DNA of 64,000 bases from Octopus vulgaris. Its lineage: Eukaryota. The stretch spans positions 31,682,001-31,746,000 of the forward strand of contig OX597824.1 in NCBI GenBank assembly GCA_951406725.2, given 5' to 3'. Position 1 is the stretch's first letter. Each line of letters starts with the position of its first letter. The translations under genes and the position numbers were made by a program. The notes beneath the pieces were generated by a model. The model was not told where the DNA came from, did no database searches, and saw only the letters and a list, made by a program, of their open reading frames with translations. Of this stretch, positions 28,049-41,779 are shown piece after piece.

Positions 28049-29260
28049 GTAAGTATTGATTTTTACTTTTCTCTATCCTAATAAGGATAATTACATAACT
28101 GGTATTGTTTTTCATGATACTGTATACTGATCAAAAATATATGGAAATACACTTAAGTTTTTCAATTAACACTAATAGATAGCACTGGTGATGGTGCCAC
28201 ATAAAAACCATCCAGTACACTTTGTAAAGAAGTTGGCACTAGGAAGGGCATCCAGTTGTAGACACCATGCCAAAACAGACATTGGAACTTAGGGCATAAT
28301 AAGGAAAGTTACATAACTGATATTGGTTTTTATGACAACTGTATACTGATCAAAAATTGTAATACACCTGAGTTTTTTAATACTCACGGACAGTCTTGAA
28401 GCTGTTAATTTCATTTTTTTAAAATTTCTATTTTATAAATCATTTCATTACAAAATTTTCCTTTTCTGTTTGTCATTTGATGCTTAAATTGGCATTGTTT
28501 TGAGGAATATTTGCTTGTAGCTAACAATATTGGAACCCTGCTTAGAATAGTGTTTGGAAGTTCTCTCAACATGAAACTGCATAGAAGGCTTTAAAACGTA
28601 ATGTTTTACACAAAAAAAAATCGGTCAACAATTTGGAAAAAATTTCCATAAAATAATACCCATATCTGATAATGATATTTATTTTTCCAGTGCCTCATAT
28701 TCTATCAGTATACACAATTATGAAGTATTGATAACTATATTTTTTCTCCGAAAAAAAAGCCCTTTTGCATTAGTATATCTTTTGTTTTTGGATTTAAATT
28801 ACTCTGAAAGAAAACTGAAATATTATGTAAGATTTTATGAACTGAATTTTTTATTTTCCATGAGCTCTGGGACCCATAAAGCTGGTTACCTGGTTACCAG
28901 TCTGTTGCAAAGTGCAAGGCTAACAATTTTTGAAGGGAGGTGCCAAGTTGATTACATCAACTCTGGTATTTGACTAGTACTTTATTTTTTATATATATAT
29001 ATATAAATTTTATAATTATGAGTATAATTATAGTTAGGGTTCAGCAAAAGATTTGCTTCACCACATACCGAAATTTAGAAATAGCAGTTAAAACTGGCTA
29101 TTTCTAAATTTCGGTATGTGGTGAAGTAAATTTTTTGTTGAACCCTAATTATAATTATACTCATAATTATAAAATTTTTGTTTAAGTTTACCAGTAATGG
29201 TTCTTTTAACATACCGAACTACCTGGTAAAATTATTAATTATTAATTAATTAATTTTACC

Positions 29261-29358
<98 letters not shown>

Positions 29359-29637
29359 AACAATTGAGGGTAAAATTAATTAATTAATCAATTTCACCAA
29401 GTATTCAGTATGCAAAGGGACCATTTAAGGCGAATTCAAATTATTACATTATATAAAAGGGCTTAGTAAAATAAATTACTTTGCCGCATACTGAACTCAT
29501 TAGAAATAGCAGCTAAAAAAACTTTTTTAAAACTATTTCCAATACTTAAAGAAAACCTCTCTCATATAGTGTTTGCTCAATTCAACTCACGAAAGTATGG
29601 GGGTAGAGACATTAAAAAATCAAATGCAAAGGTTATT

Positions 29638-29690
29638 TGAGAACGTACGTTTCAAGATTAGTCAAAATCGACACTTCTATCATCAGCTCA
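29638..29690 (-). ncRNA. Mirror hammerhead motif in left arm
   Basis: Reverse complement of 30085-30137. Confidence 0.7.
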
Positions 29691-30084
29691 GAACTCCCTG
29701 GTTTGGATTTGAAAACACTGAAAGTGGGAGCATACCCTTTCGGCTTGTTATCGCTTCTGAAGATCTGCTCGAAACTAACAGTGCCAGCAAATTCAAATAT
29801 GCAAGCGAAGAATTTCTGTTCTCCCCTTTCCACCAGCGTGGGTTAAAATCAGCAAACACTATGCTTTTTTCGGTAAAATCCGAGGCATTACATAGAGAGA
29901 GATGCACTAGAGAGAGTGTTTGCTGATTTTAACCCACGCTGGTGGAAAGGGGAGAACAGAAATTCTTCGCTTGCATATTTGAATTTGCTGGCACTGTTAG
30001 TTTCGAGCAGATCTTCAGAAGCGATAACAAGCCGAAAGGGTATGCTCCCACTTTCAGTGTTTTCAAATCCAAACCAGGGAGTTC

Positions 30085-30137
30085 TGAGCTGATGATAGAA
30101 GTGTCGATTTTGACTAATCTTGAAACGTACGTTCTCA
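30085..30137 (+). ncRNA. Type I hammerhead motif in right arm of inverted repeat
   Basis: UGAG-CUGAUGA-stem II-GAA-ACGUACGU-U-CUCA; U-U at 10.1/11.1. Confidence 0.7.
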
Positions 30138-30314
30138 AATAACCTTTGCATTTGATTTTTTAATGTCTCTACCCCCATACTTTCGTGAGTTGAATTGAGC
30201 AAACACTATATGAGAGAGGTTTTCTTTAAGTATTGGAAATAGTTTTAAAAAAGTTTTTTTAGCTGCTATTTCTAATGAGTTCAGTATGCGGCAAAGTAAT
30301 TTATTTTACTAAGC

Positions 30315-30372
<58 letters not shown>

Positions 30373-30962
30373 TTACATATATATATATGATAAATAGCAT
30401 TGATATGAAACTCTGTATTCATCTACTGCTTTATTCTAAGGCATATATATATATATATATATATCAAATTCTAACAACTAGTTAGTATTACTCTGCCTAC
30501 GTGAAATCATAATATATATACAGACATACATACACACACATGCACATGCATACACATACACACACACACACATACATACATACATAAATACAAGAAGTAT
30601 CCAGTTACACTCAAGCTTTGCCAATGGAGTATCCAACACATGACAAGTAAAATGTTTGGCTCCGTCTTTTAAGTGCAATGCTTGAAAATTATATATAGCC
30701 ACGAATCATGATAGAAGGAGGCATCAGTTTTTGGTAAACAGTAGTAAATGTTACTGGCATGGCAAAATAAAAGGTAGAGTTCTTACAGCAGTCAATATTA
30801 AGAGATTATGGTTGATGAAGCAGAAAGCAAAATATAGATTTCTTTATTGTTTTTAATAGTTTCATTTTCTTTAGTATCTTATTTTACGATTTCACAATTA
30901 CTTTAATATTTTCATTTTTCTCTAAATATAAAATTTCATTGTATAATTTGTATTTTATTTAG

Positions 30963-31034
30963 GCTATCATGGTTGGCATATTTGGAATTCTTGCTGGTCT
31001 GAAAAAAAATTCAGAAGCACAAACGAAGAGAATG
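30963..31034 (+). CDS. MS4A-like gene coding exon 2 (AIMVGIFGILAGLKKNSEAQTKRM)
   Basis: ttttatttAG acceptor, GT donor at 31035, 72 nt in frame; completes TM2 followed by KK as in CD20-family proteins. Confidence 0.8.
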
Positions 31035-31133
31035 GTAGAATATACTCTGATTCTTAATCCTTTTCATTGAAATTATTAAATGTTTAATTAACGCTAAAAA
31101 GCTTATAGTTACTACTAATCAGAGATACTAACA

Positions 31134-31859
31134 CTATAGATTTAAAAAATAATTTTTTGTAACTAAACACTTTCAAACTTCGGACACTGGTAGAATGTGT
31201 TATATAAATCATGTTTTACTCCTAGCATTTTTGAGAAAAACTTATATTTACGAAGCTATTTCACCTTAAAGTTGTCGTATTTCGGTAATTTCAACCAATC
31301 AATGACGTGTATTCAGCTGAATAAAATTACTGCCGTTGTTTGCCAACAACCACTATCGATGGTGTATTTTTCGTTTGTCACTGTTATTTATGACATCGTT
31401 CATATTTGTACTGTGCATTTGTACTGGTTTTAAGGTTTTAGGGTTAGGGTTTTAGAGTTAGGGTTAGGGTTTTAGGGTTAGGGTTAGGGTTTTACGGTTA
31501 GGGTTTTAGGATTGGGGTTTTAGAGTTAGGGTTAGGGTTTAGGGTTAGGGTTTTAGGGTTAGGGTTTTAGGGTTGGGGTTGTCATAAATAACAGTGACAA
31601 ACGAAATATACACCACTGGAAGTTCTTGTTGACAAACAACGGCAGTAACTTTTTTCAGCTGAATACACATCATTGATTGGTTGAAATTACAGAAATACAA
31701 CAACTTTAAGGTGAAATAACTTCGTAAAGATAAGTTTTTCTCAAAAATGCTAACAGTAAAACATGTTTCATATGACACATTCTACAAGTGTCCAAAGTTT
31801 GAAAGTGTTTAGTTACAAAAAATTATTTTCTAATTCTGTAGGTCAAAAGGTAAAGATCC
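31134..31859. mobile_element. Long-TIR MITE with internal (TTAGGG)-like array
   Basis: Inverted arms of about 270 bp, right end GGTAAAGATCC; core about 31432-31580 of ttaggg/ttttaggg units. Confidence 0.8.
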
Positions 31860-31949
31860 GAAAATACATTGAGTTTTCCAGGGTCAGACCAGTACTTGGT
31901 ATGAAAAATGAATACTTATGTTTCACAAAGTAATAGGAAAACCTTGGCT

Positions 31950-32320
31950 ACAAGCATGACTGCATGGTAAAAAGCTTGTTTCCCAACCACAAACCTCCAG
32001 GTTCAGTCTCACTGTGTGTTACCTTGGGCAAGTGATTTATACTGTAGCCTTGTGAGTGGATTTGGTTGACAGAAACTGAAAGAAGCCCATTGTATATACG
32101 TGTGTGTGTGTGTGCATGCGCATGCATGTGCATGTGTGTCTGTCCCCGACACTGCCTGACAGCCAGTGCTGGTGTGTTTATGCACGCCATAGCTTAGCAG
32201 TTCAGCAAAAGAGACTAACAGTATAAGCACCTGGCTTTAAAAAATATAAACACTAGGATCAATGCATTCAACTAAAATTCTTCACGGTGGTGCCTCATGA
32301 CTGAAACAAGTGAAAGAATA
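31950..32320 (+). mobile_element. SINE family B (diverged)
   Basis: accttgggcaagtg..gtgagtggatttgg..gaaactgaaagaagccc. Confidence 0.7.
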
Positions 32321-32605
32321 AATGATAAACACCTCTGCATTGGTACTAGACTTGGTACTTAAAAAATAGCAGTCACCACACTCTTTCTTCCTCAAAAAAT
32401 GAAGGACACATTGTATAATGTCTTTGATACACTGAAATAAAAAGTGATGGTCCTGGCTGGAATTTATTTGATCTGAGGTTCTGTTTTATCAGAGCTAACT
32501 AAGGTCACACTACAACCAATATATATCACTAGGAACTACAATTTAAATATTTCATACAATTTTTATGTAATGGAAGTCTTGCTAAATAGAATTCAACACA
32601 AATAA

Positions 32606-33040
32606 AGGTGGCGAGCTGGCAGAAACGTTAGCACGCCGGGCGAAATGCTTAGCAGTATTTCGTCTGCCGCTAAGTTCTGAGTTCAAATTCCCCCGAGGTC
32701 GTCTTTCTGGGTCGATAAATTAAGTACCAGTTATGCACTCGGGTCGATGTAATCGACTTAATCCCTTTGTCTGCCCTTGTTTGTCCCCTCTATGTTTAGC
32801 CCCTTGTGGGTAGTAAAGAAATAAAAAATGTTAGCATGCCGGGCGAAATGCTTATCAGTATTTCGTCTACCGCTACGTTCTGAGTTCAAATTCCCCCGAG
32901 GTCGACTTTGCCTTTCATCCTTTCTGGGTCGATAAATTAAGTACCAGTTATGCACTGGGGTCGATGTAATCGACTTAATCCCTTTGTCTGTCCTTGTTTG
33001 TCCACTCTGTGTGTAGCCCCTTGTGGGCAGTAAAGAAATA
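32606..33040 (+). mobile_element. SINE family A tandem dimer
   Basis: Two consecutive units. Confidence 0.85.
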
Positions 33041-33318
33041 AGAATTCAGCACAAATATCAATCTGACAGCTAAGAAGAGCAAATGGGTCGAATGATAACA
33101 AACATGGATTGCTGCCATGCAGGAGCACTGTCTAGAATGACTTTTTGGTCAAACAAATCAATCCTAGCACTTATTTATTTTTTTATCAGTTCCTTTTGCC
33201 AAATTGCTAAGTTACAAAGATATAAACATACCAACATTGGTAGTCAAGGAGTGGGGATGGCAAACACAGACATAGAGGCACACACACGCACACATGCACA
33301 GATGTATGTACATACATA

Positions 33319-33387
<69 letters not shown>

Positions 33388-35639
33388 GTTTGTATGTATG
33401 TATAGAGTATAAGCATCTTGAGAGAAAAGTTGGGTGTAAGAGGCATCGAGTATGGTGTGCAAGAGAGAGACAAGTGCTCTGGTATGGTCATGTGATGTAT
33501 ATACATGAGGACAGCTGTATAAAGAAGTGCCAATCTCTAACAGTGAAGAGAACATGTAGAAGAGGCAGACCCAGGAAAACATGAGACAGGGTGGTGAAGC
33601 ATGATCTTTGAGTGTTGGGCCACACAGCAGCAATAACTAGTGACCAAGATTTTTGGTGATATGCCATGCCTGAGAAGACTTGTCAAGCCAAGTGAAATCG
33701 TAGTCATGGCTGAAGCTGGTGTCATGTAACTAGCACCCATGTTGGTCGCATGTAAAAAGCGCCATTCAAGGATTGGTCCTCCCAGAGGCAATGTGGCTGA
33801 TGCCAGTGTTTCGTAAGTATCACTTGTGCTAGTGTTGCATAACTAGCACCTTTCAAGCATCAGGCATCATGGAGGCAATGTGGCTGATGCCAGCATCACT
33901 TAACTAGCGCCTGTGCTGGTAGCATGCATAAAGCACCCTTCAAGCATTGGGTCTCACAGAGGCAGTGACAAATGACCAAGACCATCAGCAATATGCTGTG
34001 TTTGAGCAGAAGACCCATGAAGCCAGGTGAAATCATAGTCGTTACAGATACTGGTGTCATGCAATTGGCACCCATGCTGGTTGCATGTAAAATCACCCAT
34101 TTTACTCTCAGAGTACTTGGTATTAGGAAGGGCATCCAGCTGTAGAAATCATGTCAAATCAGACTGGAGCCCGGTGCAGCCCCTCAGCTTACCAGCCCTG
34201 ATCAAACCACCCAACTCATGTTGGGTGATGTTAAATGATGATGATGATGATAATGATGATATATATATATATATACACAACTGGTTTCCACACAGTTTAT
34301 GCCTACCACATTCACTCACAAGGCATTGGTCAGCCCAGGGCTATTGTAGAAAGCATCTGCCCAAGATGTTGCACATTGGGACTTGAAACCATATGGCTGC
34401 CAAGTAAGCCTCTTAACCACACGTCCATATCTACATAATGTTAATTAATGTAATCAATAAACGTTCCATACATCAAACATATTAACAAGAGATATGAAAT
34501 GAGATAATACTCACAGTCATCATTAACTTTTACTTTTTACTTTTGCAAGAACAAATGCCAGTTTCATACATTATTGAAAAATTAATCTGACCTTTTCAGC
34601 AAACCATAGCCCTCACTCATCAACATTATCATCACCACCACTACCACCACCAACAACAACAACACCAACACCACCCCCACCACCACCAACACCATATTCA
34701 TCATCATCATCATCATTAACAATATCTAATGCCTGTTTTCCATGACGGAATCTGACGCGCCAGAAGACTGCACCAAACTTCAGTGCCTGCTTTAGCATGG
34801 TTTCTAAGCTGGATGTTCTTCCTAATACCAACTACTTTACAGAGTGTAGTGGGTGCTTTTTATGTGACACTGGCTCAGATCAGGTCACCAAGTAACTCAC
34901 TGTGTTTAGAAAATGATAACTACATATACCACATAGTCAAGATTTCCACACAAAGATGAAGGAGGTGAGATCTGGATTGGAAAATATATCCACAGGTCCT
35001 GTGTTGGACATAAACCAACCCAACAAATGGTGATTCACACATTTAGAAAATTGTAACTGAATCACGTCTTTAACAATACAGACCAATGGTCATCTGCTTG
35101 ATAATAGAATCGTCCACTAATACAATATATACTACAACCAGTGAACTGTGAGAAAATGATAACTACTACAGAACTGCAATATCATAACCACTGCTGAGTT
35201 CAATCAATTATAACCTCCAGTGGGCTGTACTGCAAAATAATTACAATTATTTTTGTAATTATAATTTTTGTTTTCATTTAGTCTTAGAAAGAAGAGTTGT
35301 CCTAGCAGACTGTGTGGGTGTGAATAGGGTTAGCTTTTTATGTTGAGACTTCTGATGTTCATTCTGAACTTTATAACCTCAGATATTAATGAGAAATGTA
35401 GGTAAGGGTGGAGTTTCAACTAAATGAAGTTATTGACTGAAAGGGTTAAGCAAACTATTTAGTTTAGTGTCAGAAGGGAGGTGACAAATAATAAAGATGA
35501 CATACATGTGCACCAAATGTGTTTCAGTAAGTTGGTGTCTTCAAAAGAGCAACGGCTATTGGAGAAGTGGTAAAAGAGATTTCAAAAATGTGTACATGAA
35601 CAAGGGTCTATAATGGTATTAGTAAGCAAAGATTTACTT

Positions 35640-36042
35640 TACACTTTTACTTGTTTCAGTCATTTGACTGCGGCCATGCTGGAGCACCGCCTTTAATCGA
35701 GCAACTCGACCCCGGGACTTATTCTTTGTAAGTCCAGTACTTATTCTATCGGTCTCTTTTTACCAAACCGCTAAGTGATGGGGACATAAACACACCAGCA
35801 TCGGTTGTCAAGTGATGTTGGATGGGACAAACACAGATACACAAACACACACGCACACACACACATATATATACATATATACGACAGGCTTCTTTCAGTT
35901 TCCGTCTACCAAATCCACTCACAAGGCTTTGGTCGGCCCGAGGCTATAGTAGAAGACACTTGCCCAAGGTGCCACGCAGTGGGACTGAACCTGGAACCAT
36001 GTGGTTGGTAAACAAGCTACTTACCACAAAGCCACTCCCGTG
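35640..36042 (-). mobile_element. SINE family B
   Basis: Near identical to the 10383 copy. Confidence 0.85.
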
Positions 36043-36765
36043 CCAATTTATTTTTAGGTATTTTTCAGAAGCAATCTTATGCAATCTCAAAAACATCAAC
36101 AACTCTCTAATTTGGAGCAAGGGATCCATTAGTATGTAATGCCAGAATATAGGTCCCTTTCTCTCTCTGTTTTATAGAAGTTGTACTTACAATCCTTGAG
36201 GAGTGAAAGAGAAAGTTAATAAAAAATGATATCATTTACAACTGTTTCTATCAAAGACCATATACAAAACTCTGATAAAAGAATGAGAGGTTTGCTGAGA
36301 TTTGAAGATGGAAGTAAAACGTCTTTTGTCAAACACCATTCCTCCTCTTTCCATCTTCATCAATATTTATAATAAGAGCAAATAATATGCCTGCTGGTAG
36401 CAAAGGTTCTCAGTGTTCTGAGGCCTAAACACTTTTGGGACTTCTACCTTAATTAACACAGATGACCATCCAGGGGAAGTTTTGGTGTCTTTTACACCTT
36501 ACGCCATTTTTGCTATGCCTTTAGTCTTGCGCGCTCTGATATTTTCTGAGTTCAAACACTATTGATATCATTAAAATAAGTAACCAGTCACAGATTGGTG
36601 TTTTGTAGTTGATTGGGAGTTACAATACTGTATTGATTTTTGCCTTTTTTTAATTTACAATTTCAGTATTCAAAAAAAAGGTTCTCTATTTCATAATTAT
36701 AAGTGTAACTGGAAATAATTTTTTTTTCTCTATTTCTTCTTGACTCACTCACATGCAAATACTCA

Positions 36766-36805
<40 letters not shown>

Positions 36806-36837
36806 ATCTATTAAATTATTTTAACATTTTTTTCCAG

Positions 36838-36927
36838 AAAGTTGCCTACATGACCTTTGCCATTTTGTCTGCATCCATCTTTTCACTTGGTGGAATTACT
36901 GCTTTTTCTGCCCATGCTTCTTGGACT
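36838..36927 (+). CDS. MS4A-like gene coding exon 3 (KVAYMTFAILSASIFSLGGITAFSAHASWT)
   Basis: tttttttccAG acceptor, GTAAGT donor at 36928, 90 nt phase 0, TM3. Confidence 0.85.
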
Positions 36928-37049
36928 GTAAGTATATTTTATCTGGGGGTTTTTTTTTGGGGGGGGGGGGGGCTTTTTTTTCACCTGTGAAGATTCCTAA
37001 TATCCAAGGAAGTGATATGCTCTGTTTGTGCAGAGGGAAAAAAATTAAA

Positions 37050-38200
37050 GCACAGGCCAATCTCTCTGACTTCACATATCAGTAAAGTCATGGGCCGAAT
37101 CATCAGAACATAATTGATAATGTTCCTAGAAGAAAATGACCTACTGGATACTACTCAGCATGGCTTCCATCCAGGAAGAAGCTGCTTCACACAGCTCCTA
37201 CAGCTCTATAACTGGATTTTGAAACTGCTGCTTGACCATTCATATGTCCGTGTGATATACATTGACTTTGCAAAGGCATTTGATAAGGTAGATCATGACA
37301 CGATAAGTCATAAGCTACAAGACCTTTGCATTGCTGGTAAAATAGGAGAGTGGTTGCATGACTTCCTTAAAAACAGAAGTCAGGTAGTTGCAGCCAATGG
37401 TACCCTTTCTGAGGAAACTCAAATCATAAGTTGTGTCCTCCCAGGGAACTGTTCTGGGGCCATTATTGTTCATAATAGCCCTCTTAGACATGGCCACTGT
37501 CACTAGGACAGTTACTGTCACTAACTATGTTGATGATACAAAATTATCACAGGCAATAAAAAACCAAGATGACCTAATTCAATATTCAAGTGAACCAAAA
37601 TAAACAATCCCAGAGTCACAGGCAGTGAAAGACTTGGGGATCAGTATGTGCAATGATGCATAATTTCATATTCACATTAGCAAGATGGCAGTAAAGTGTA
37701 GACAACTGGCAGGATGGATACTGAGGTCCTTCAAGACAAGAGACCAAGAACCTATGTTGACCCTGTGGAGAACCTTTGTTCTCAGCTGCTTGGACTACTG
37801 CTTCCAATTATGGTCACCACATAGTGCCAAACTAACGGCGGAGCTTGAAGCAGTCCAACTACACTAAAAAGATTGAAACACTGCAGTGGATGAGCTACAG
37901 GGATAGGCTGAGAAAACTACAGCTTTACTCCTTAGAGCGAAGGCATGAAAGATATGCAAAAATATATATATGGAAAATTCTAGAAGGGCTAGTACCTAAC
38001 TTTGGCACTCAGTGTTATACAAATTCCAGAACTAGCCGCCATTGTATTGTACCAAAATACCATCCACTCCATCTAAATTCAGGACCAGGTACTGCAATAA
38101 TCTAGAGTTCAAAGGCGCACAGTTCTTCAATATCCTACCAAAAAAATTAAGAAATTTGCAAGGTGGAAGAAGTAAATTTCCTTAAGCACTGCTATTTCAA
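37050..38200 (+). mobile_element. CR1/L2-like LINE RT remnant
   Basis: QHGFHPGRSC, IDFAKAFDKVDH, YVDD and LYSLERRHERY motifs. Confidence 0.85.
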
Positions 38201-38716
38201 TAAGAAATAATGGTTTATAGAAGGTTGTAGTTACATAAACTATTTGAGAAAATTGTAGATAATGTTTTCGTTTTGTTTCTTTCATAAAATCAGCAGAATT
38301 GCTATCCAGTGATTGGGACGAGTAAATAAATAAAAGATTACATTTAAACATTTTTTAACAGCAGAGAAACATTCATTATGGAAAATGAATGTTGATTTTA
38401 CTAAATTTATTTAGATCAGTAGTTCTCAGTCATAGCTCTCAGGAGCACATGTGGCCCACAAGCATCCAATCAGTGGACCTCAATGGTCTTCCTTCTTTAT
38501 AATATAATAGATTTTTCTTTAATTGAATTGTTTTACTTTTATGGTGCAGTCCCTTAAAAAAATCCAAGTTTTTAATCTGGCTTAGATATTTAAAAGATTG
38601 AGAGGCACTGATTCTTTGACAAAGGTCTGAAAAATACTTCTGTGCAGCATAATTATTAGGACTTTCTCTTCCTCTCTTCCTCTCTTCCTCATCAAAATGT
38701 TTGTTTTCTTTTTCAG

Positions 38717-38836
38717 ATTAGATATGCCTGGGGCAAAAATTCTGATTTATTTTATTTTGGATCATTTGCTATGTTTGGGGAATTTGTTTTGTCTATTGTT
38801 TCTTCATCCATTTGCTGCTGTTGTTCAAAATCAAAA
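38717..38836 (+). CDS. MS4A-like gene coding exon 4 (IRYAWGKNSDLFYFGSFAMFGEFVLSIVSSSICCCCSKSK)
   Basis: tttttcAG acceptor, GTAAGT donor at 38837, 120 nt phase 0; TM4 with EFxxxIxxSxxC pattern typical of CD20/MS4A, then CCCC. Confidence 0.85.
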
Positions 38837-38914
38837 GTAAGTTCAGTTTATTTTCCTTGATAATCATTTCTTTTATTGCAAGAAGCAAAGTTCATCATCA
38901 TCATCATCATCATC

Positions 38915-39330
38915 ATCGTTTAACGTCCGCTTTCCATGCTAGCATGGGCTGGACGATATTTGACTGAGGGCTGGCGAACCAGATGGCTGCACCATGCTCC
39001 AATCTTGATCTGGCAGAGTTTCTACAGCTGGATGCCCTTCCTTATACCAACCACTCCAAGAGTGTAGTGGGTGCTTTTTACGTGCCACCGGCACGGGGTC
39101 CAATCAGGCGGTACTGGCAATGACCTCGCTTGAATCTTTTTACACATGCTACCGGCACAGGTGCCAGTAAGGTGACGCTGGTAACGATCACGCTCGAATG
39201 GTGCCCTTTTACGTGCCACCGGCACAGAAGCCTGTTAGCCGCTCTGACAACGATCACGTTCAGATAGTGCTCTTGGCACCTTACTAGCACGGGCACAAGT
39301 CCAAGTGCCAGTAAGGCGACGCTGGAACGA
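38915..39330 (-). mobile_element. RTE-like 3' tail repeat ending in (GAT)n
   Basis: ggaagggcatccagctgtagaaac..gcatggaaagcggacgttaaacgatgatg; related pieces near 28185, 33400-34240, 34730 and 56410. Confidence 0.6.
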
Positions 39331-39799
39331 TCATACCTTCATACCTTTATAAACTGAATGTTAGGTTTTATGCTATTTAGTATTAATTTAAATTCCAAAA
39401 GTTTATCAATGGTTTCATTCCAAACCATAAAGCAGTCATCCAGATATCTTTTCTAGTTCTCTCTTATATAAGGATGAAATAGATATCCATACTTTTGCAG
39501 TGACACGTTATATATGGTGAATTCAAAATATCCTTTTATTAAGTTCGCAAGATCAGGGGCCGCTTACATTCGCATCACAATTCAACATTTTTGTCAATAG
39601 TAAGTATCATCAAATAAGGAAATAATTGTTCTGGGGTATAAATTTTAAAGTTTCAATAATAAAAGCCTGATTTATGTGTTCTGGAGGTTCTTCGGGGCAC
39701 TTTTGCAGCCAGAATTTTATTGCTTCTATTCCATAGTCATGTGGGGTATTAATGTAAAGATTAATAACATCGAAGGAAACCGATAATGTTTCTTCATTA

Positions 39800-41130
39800 G
39801 TTGTTTCCCTTTAAGTTACCAAAAAGGATTTGCACAATAGTGTCTGATGAAAATACTCAGGACCTCCGTCTTCAACACCTCAGAACAGCACTAACTAAAA
39901 AGCACTATCCACATTCTTTTGTAGATGATGGAATTAAAGGTATTAAGAAAATAGGTATTAAAACACTGAAGAAAACAAAACGAAACACCGCACCTCATCT
40001 CAAAATACTACCATCTATATCAACTCACAGCCCTAGAAACAATGAGGCATACAACACTATAGTACAAAATCTACCAATGCTCACTAGGGATCCAAAATAA
40101 ACAACATCCGAAAACACATAAATTCATCAACCACGAAACCAATTGTTAAAAAACCTGAACGTCCAAACTGTGGAACATGCCCCAACCTACTCGAATGCTC
40201 GGAATTCCAATTCAGACAAGGAGAGAGGTTTACAATTCATTTGTGCATCCGAGAATTTAATATATGTTATAACTTGTTCAGGTTGTGGACACCATTATAT
40301 AGGACAGACAAGTATGTCACTTAGACAGAGAACCACACTACATAAGGAATGGATCGGATCTTTACCTTTTGACCTACAGATTTAAAAAATAATTTTTTTG
40401 TAACTAAAAACTTTCAAACTTCGGACACTGGTAGAATGTGTCATATAACATATGCTTTACTCTTAGCATTTAAGAGAAAATCTTATATTCACGAAGCTAT
40501 TTCCCCTCAAAGTTATCGTATTTCGGTAATTTCAACCAATTAATGACGTGTATTCTGCTGAATAAAATTGCTGCTGTTGTTTGTCAACAACAACTATCGG
40601 CGGTGTATTTTTCGTTTGTCACTGTTATTTATGACATCGTTTGTGCGTTGGTACTGGTTTTAAGGTTTTAGGGTTAGGGTTGTCATAAATAACAGTGACA
40701 AACGAAAAATACACCGCTGGAAGTTTTTGTTGACAAACAACAGCAGTAATTTTATTCAGCTGAATACACGTCATTGATTGGTTGAAATTACCGAAATACG
40801 ACAACTTTAAGGTGAAATAGCTTCGTAAATATAAGTTTTTCTCAAAAATGCTAAGAGTAAAATATGTTTTATATGACACATTCTACCAATGTGCGAAGTT
40901 TGAAAGTGCTTAGTTAGAAAAAATTATTTTTTAAATCTGTAGGTCAAAAGGTAAAGATCCACAGATCTGTTTCCGAAGGTGTCGACAGGTAACTTTGACT
41001 GAACGCATAGAGAGATGTGCAGGGGATCTCCAACCAAATTTCACAGTTTCCCCTATCTACCAGTGCAAAGAAACAATTTCTGTACAAAAACATTTAAATA
41101 AAGAAAATTTATTTATCAAATAATACAGAA
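39800..41130 (+). mobile_element. Penelope-like GIY-YIG remnant interrupted by a MITE
   Basis: NLIYVITCSGCGHHYIGQTSMSLRQRTTLH GIY-YIG motif; ALTKKHYP thumb region. Confidence 0.8.
40356..40960. mobile_element. Same long-TIR MITE family, complete copy
   Basis: GGATCTTTACC...GGTAAAGATCC termini, imperfect TSD (atggatc/acagatc), short ttaggg core. Confidence 0.82.
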
Positions 41131-41499
41131 CACGCCTAAATATGAACACATAACTAACTTTGGTTTCAGTATATATTCTAATTCATGATCACATATCCAT
41201 CACTGTACATATTTCATTTCACTACCTTAGCTTATGAGTTTTTGTATGTTTATCGACCCCCCCCACCCACCCCAAAAAATGAGCAATTACCACCCCTTAG
41301 ATTTTCTACTTGTTGATTCATTCACAAACTTTAATACAAGAACATGAACTAAAATCTTCTTAAGAAAATACATAATTACAATATGATTAGCGAAAGCGAA
41401 ACTGGTTGACAACCACAATACTCTTTCATTTAAAATATATTAAAACTATGTAAACTGTGTGCATTTTCCTTCTTTTATATGTGTATATTTCTTCTATTT

Positions 41500-41555
<56 letters not shown>

Positions 41556-41779
41556 TATATGCGCGCACGCACACATACATACATGCATGCACGCATGCCT
41601 GTGGGGTCTGGTTTTATTTCGGACGTACGTCGGAGCGTGTGCGTGTGTGCCTGTAGATTCGCATGCGCCCGCACCGCAAGAGTCTTTTCTATCAATCTTT
41701 CAGTTGCGATGTGTGTCCTTGCATGCATATATATACACACATATAAACATATAAACAAACATATAAACCCCTACATTTG

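Larger units (their letters stand above)
29457..30318. repeat. 404-bp inverted repeat with 54-bp spacer
   Basis: 29457-29860 reads as the reverse complement of 29915-30318; mirrored ORFs appear in the ORF track. Confidence 0.95.

Noticed and set aside
29573-30202. Two identical ORFs on opposite strands
   Set aside because: By-product of the non-coding inverted repeat
31432-31580. TTAGGG array as a chromosome end
   Set aside because: Short, degenerate and enclosed by MITE TIRs inside an intron
38417-38610. hAT-like MITE (CAG...CTG ends)
   Set aside because: TIRs imperfect and no TSD visible; too weak to list
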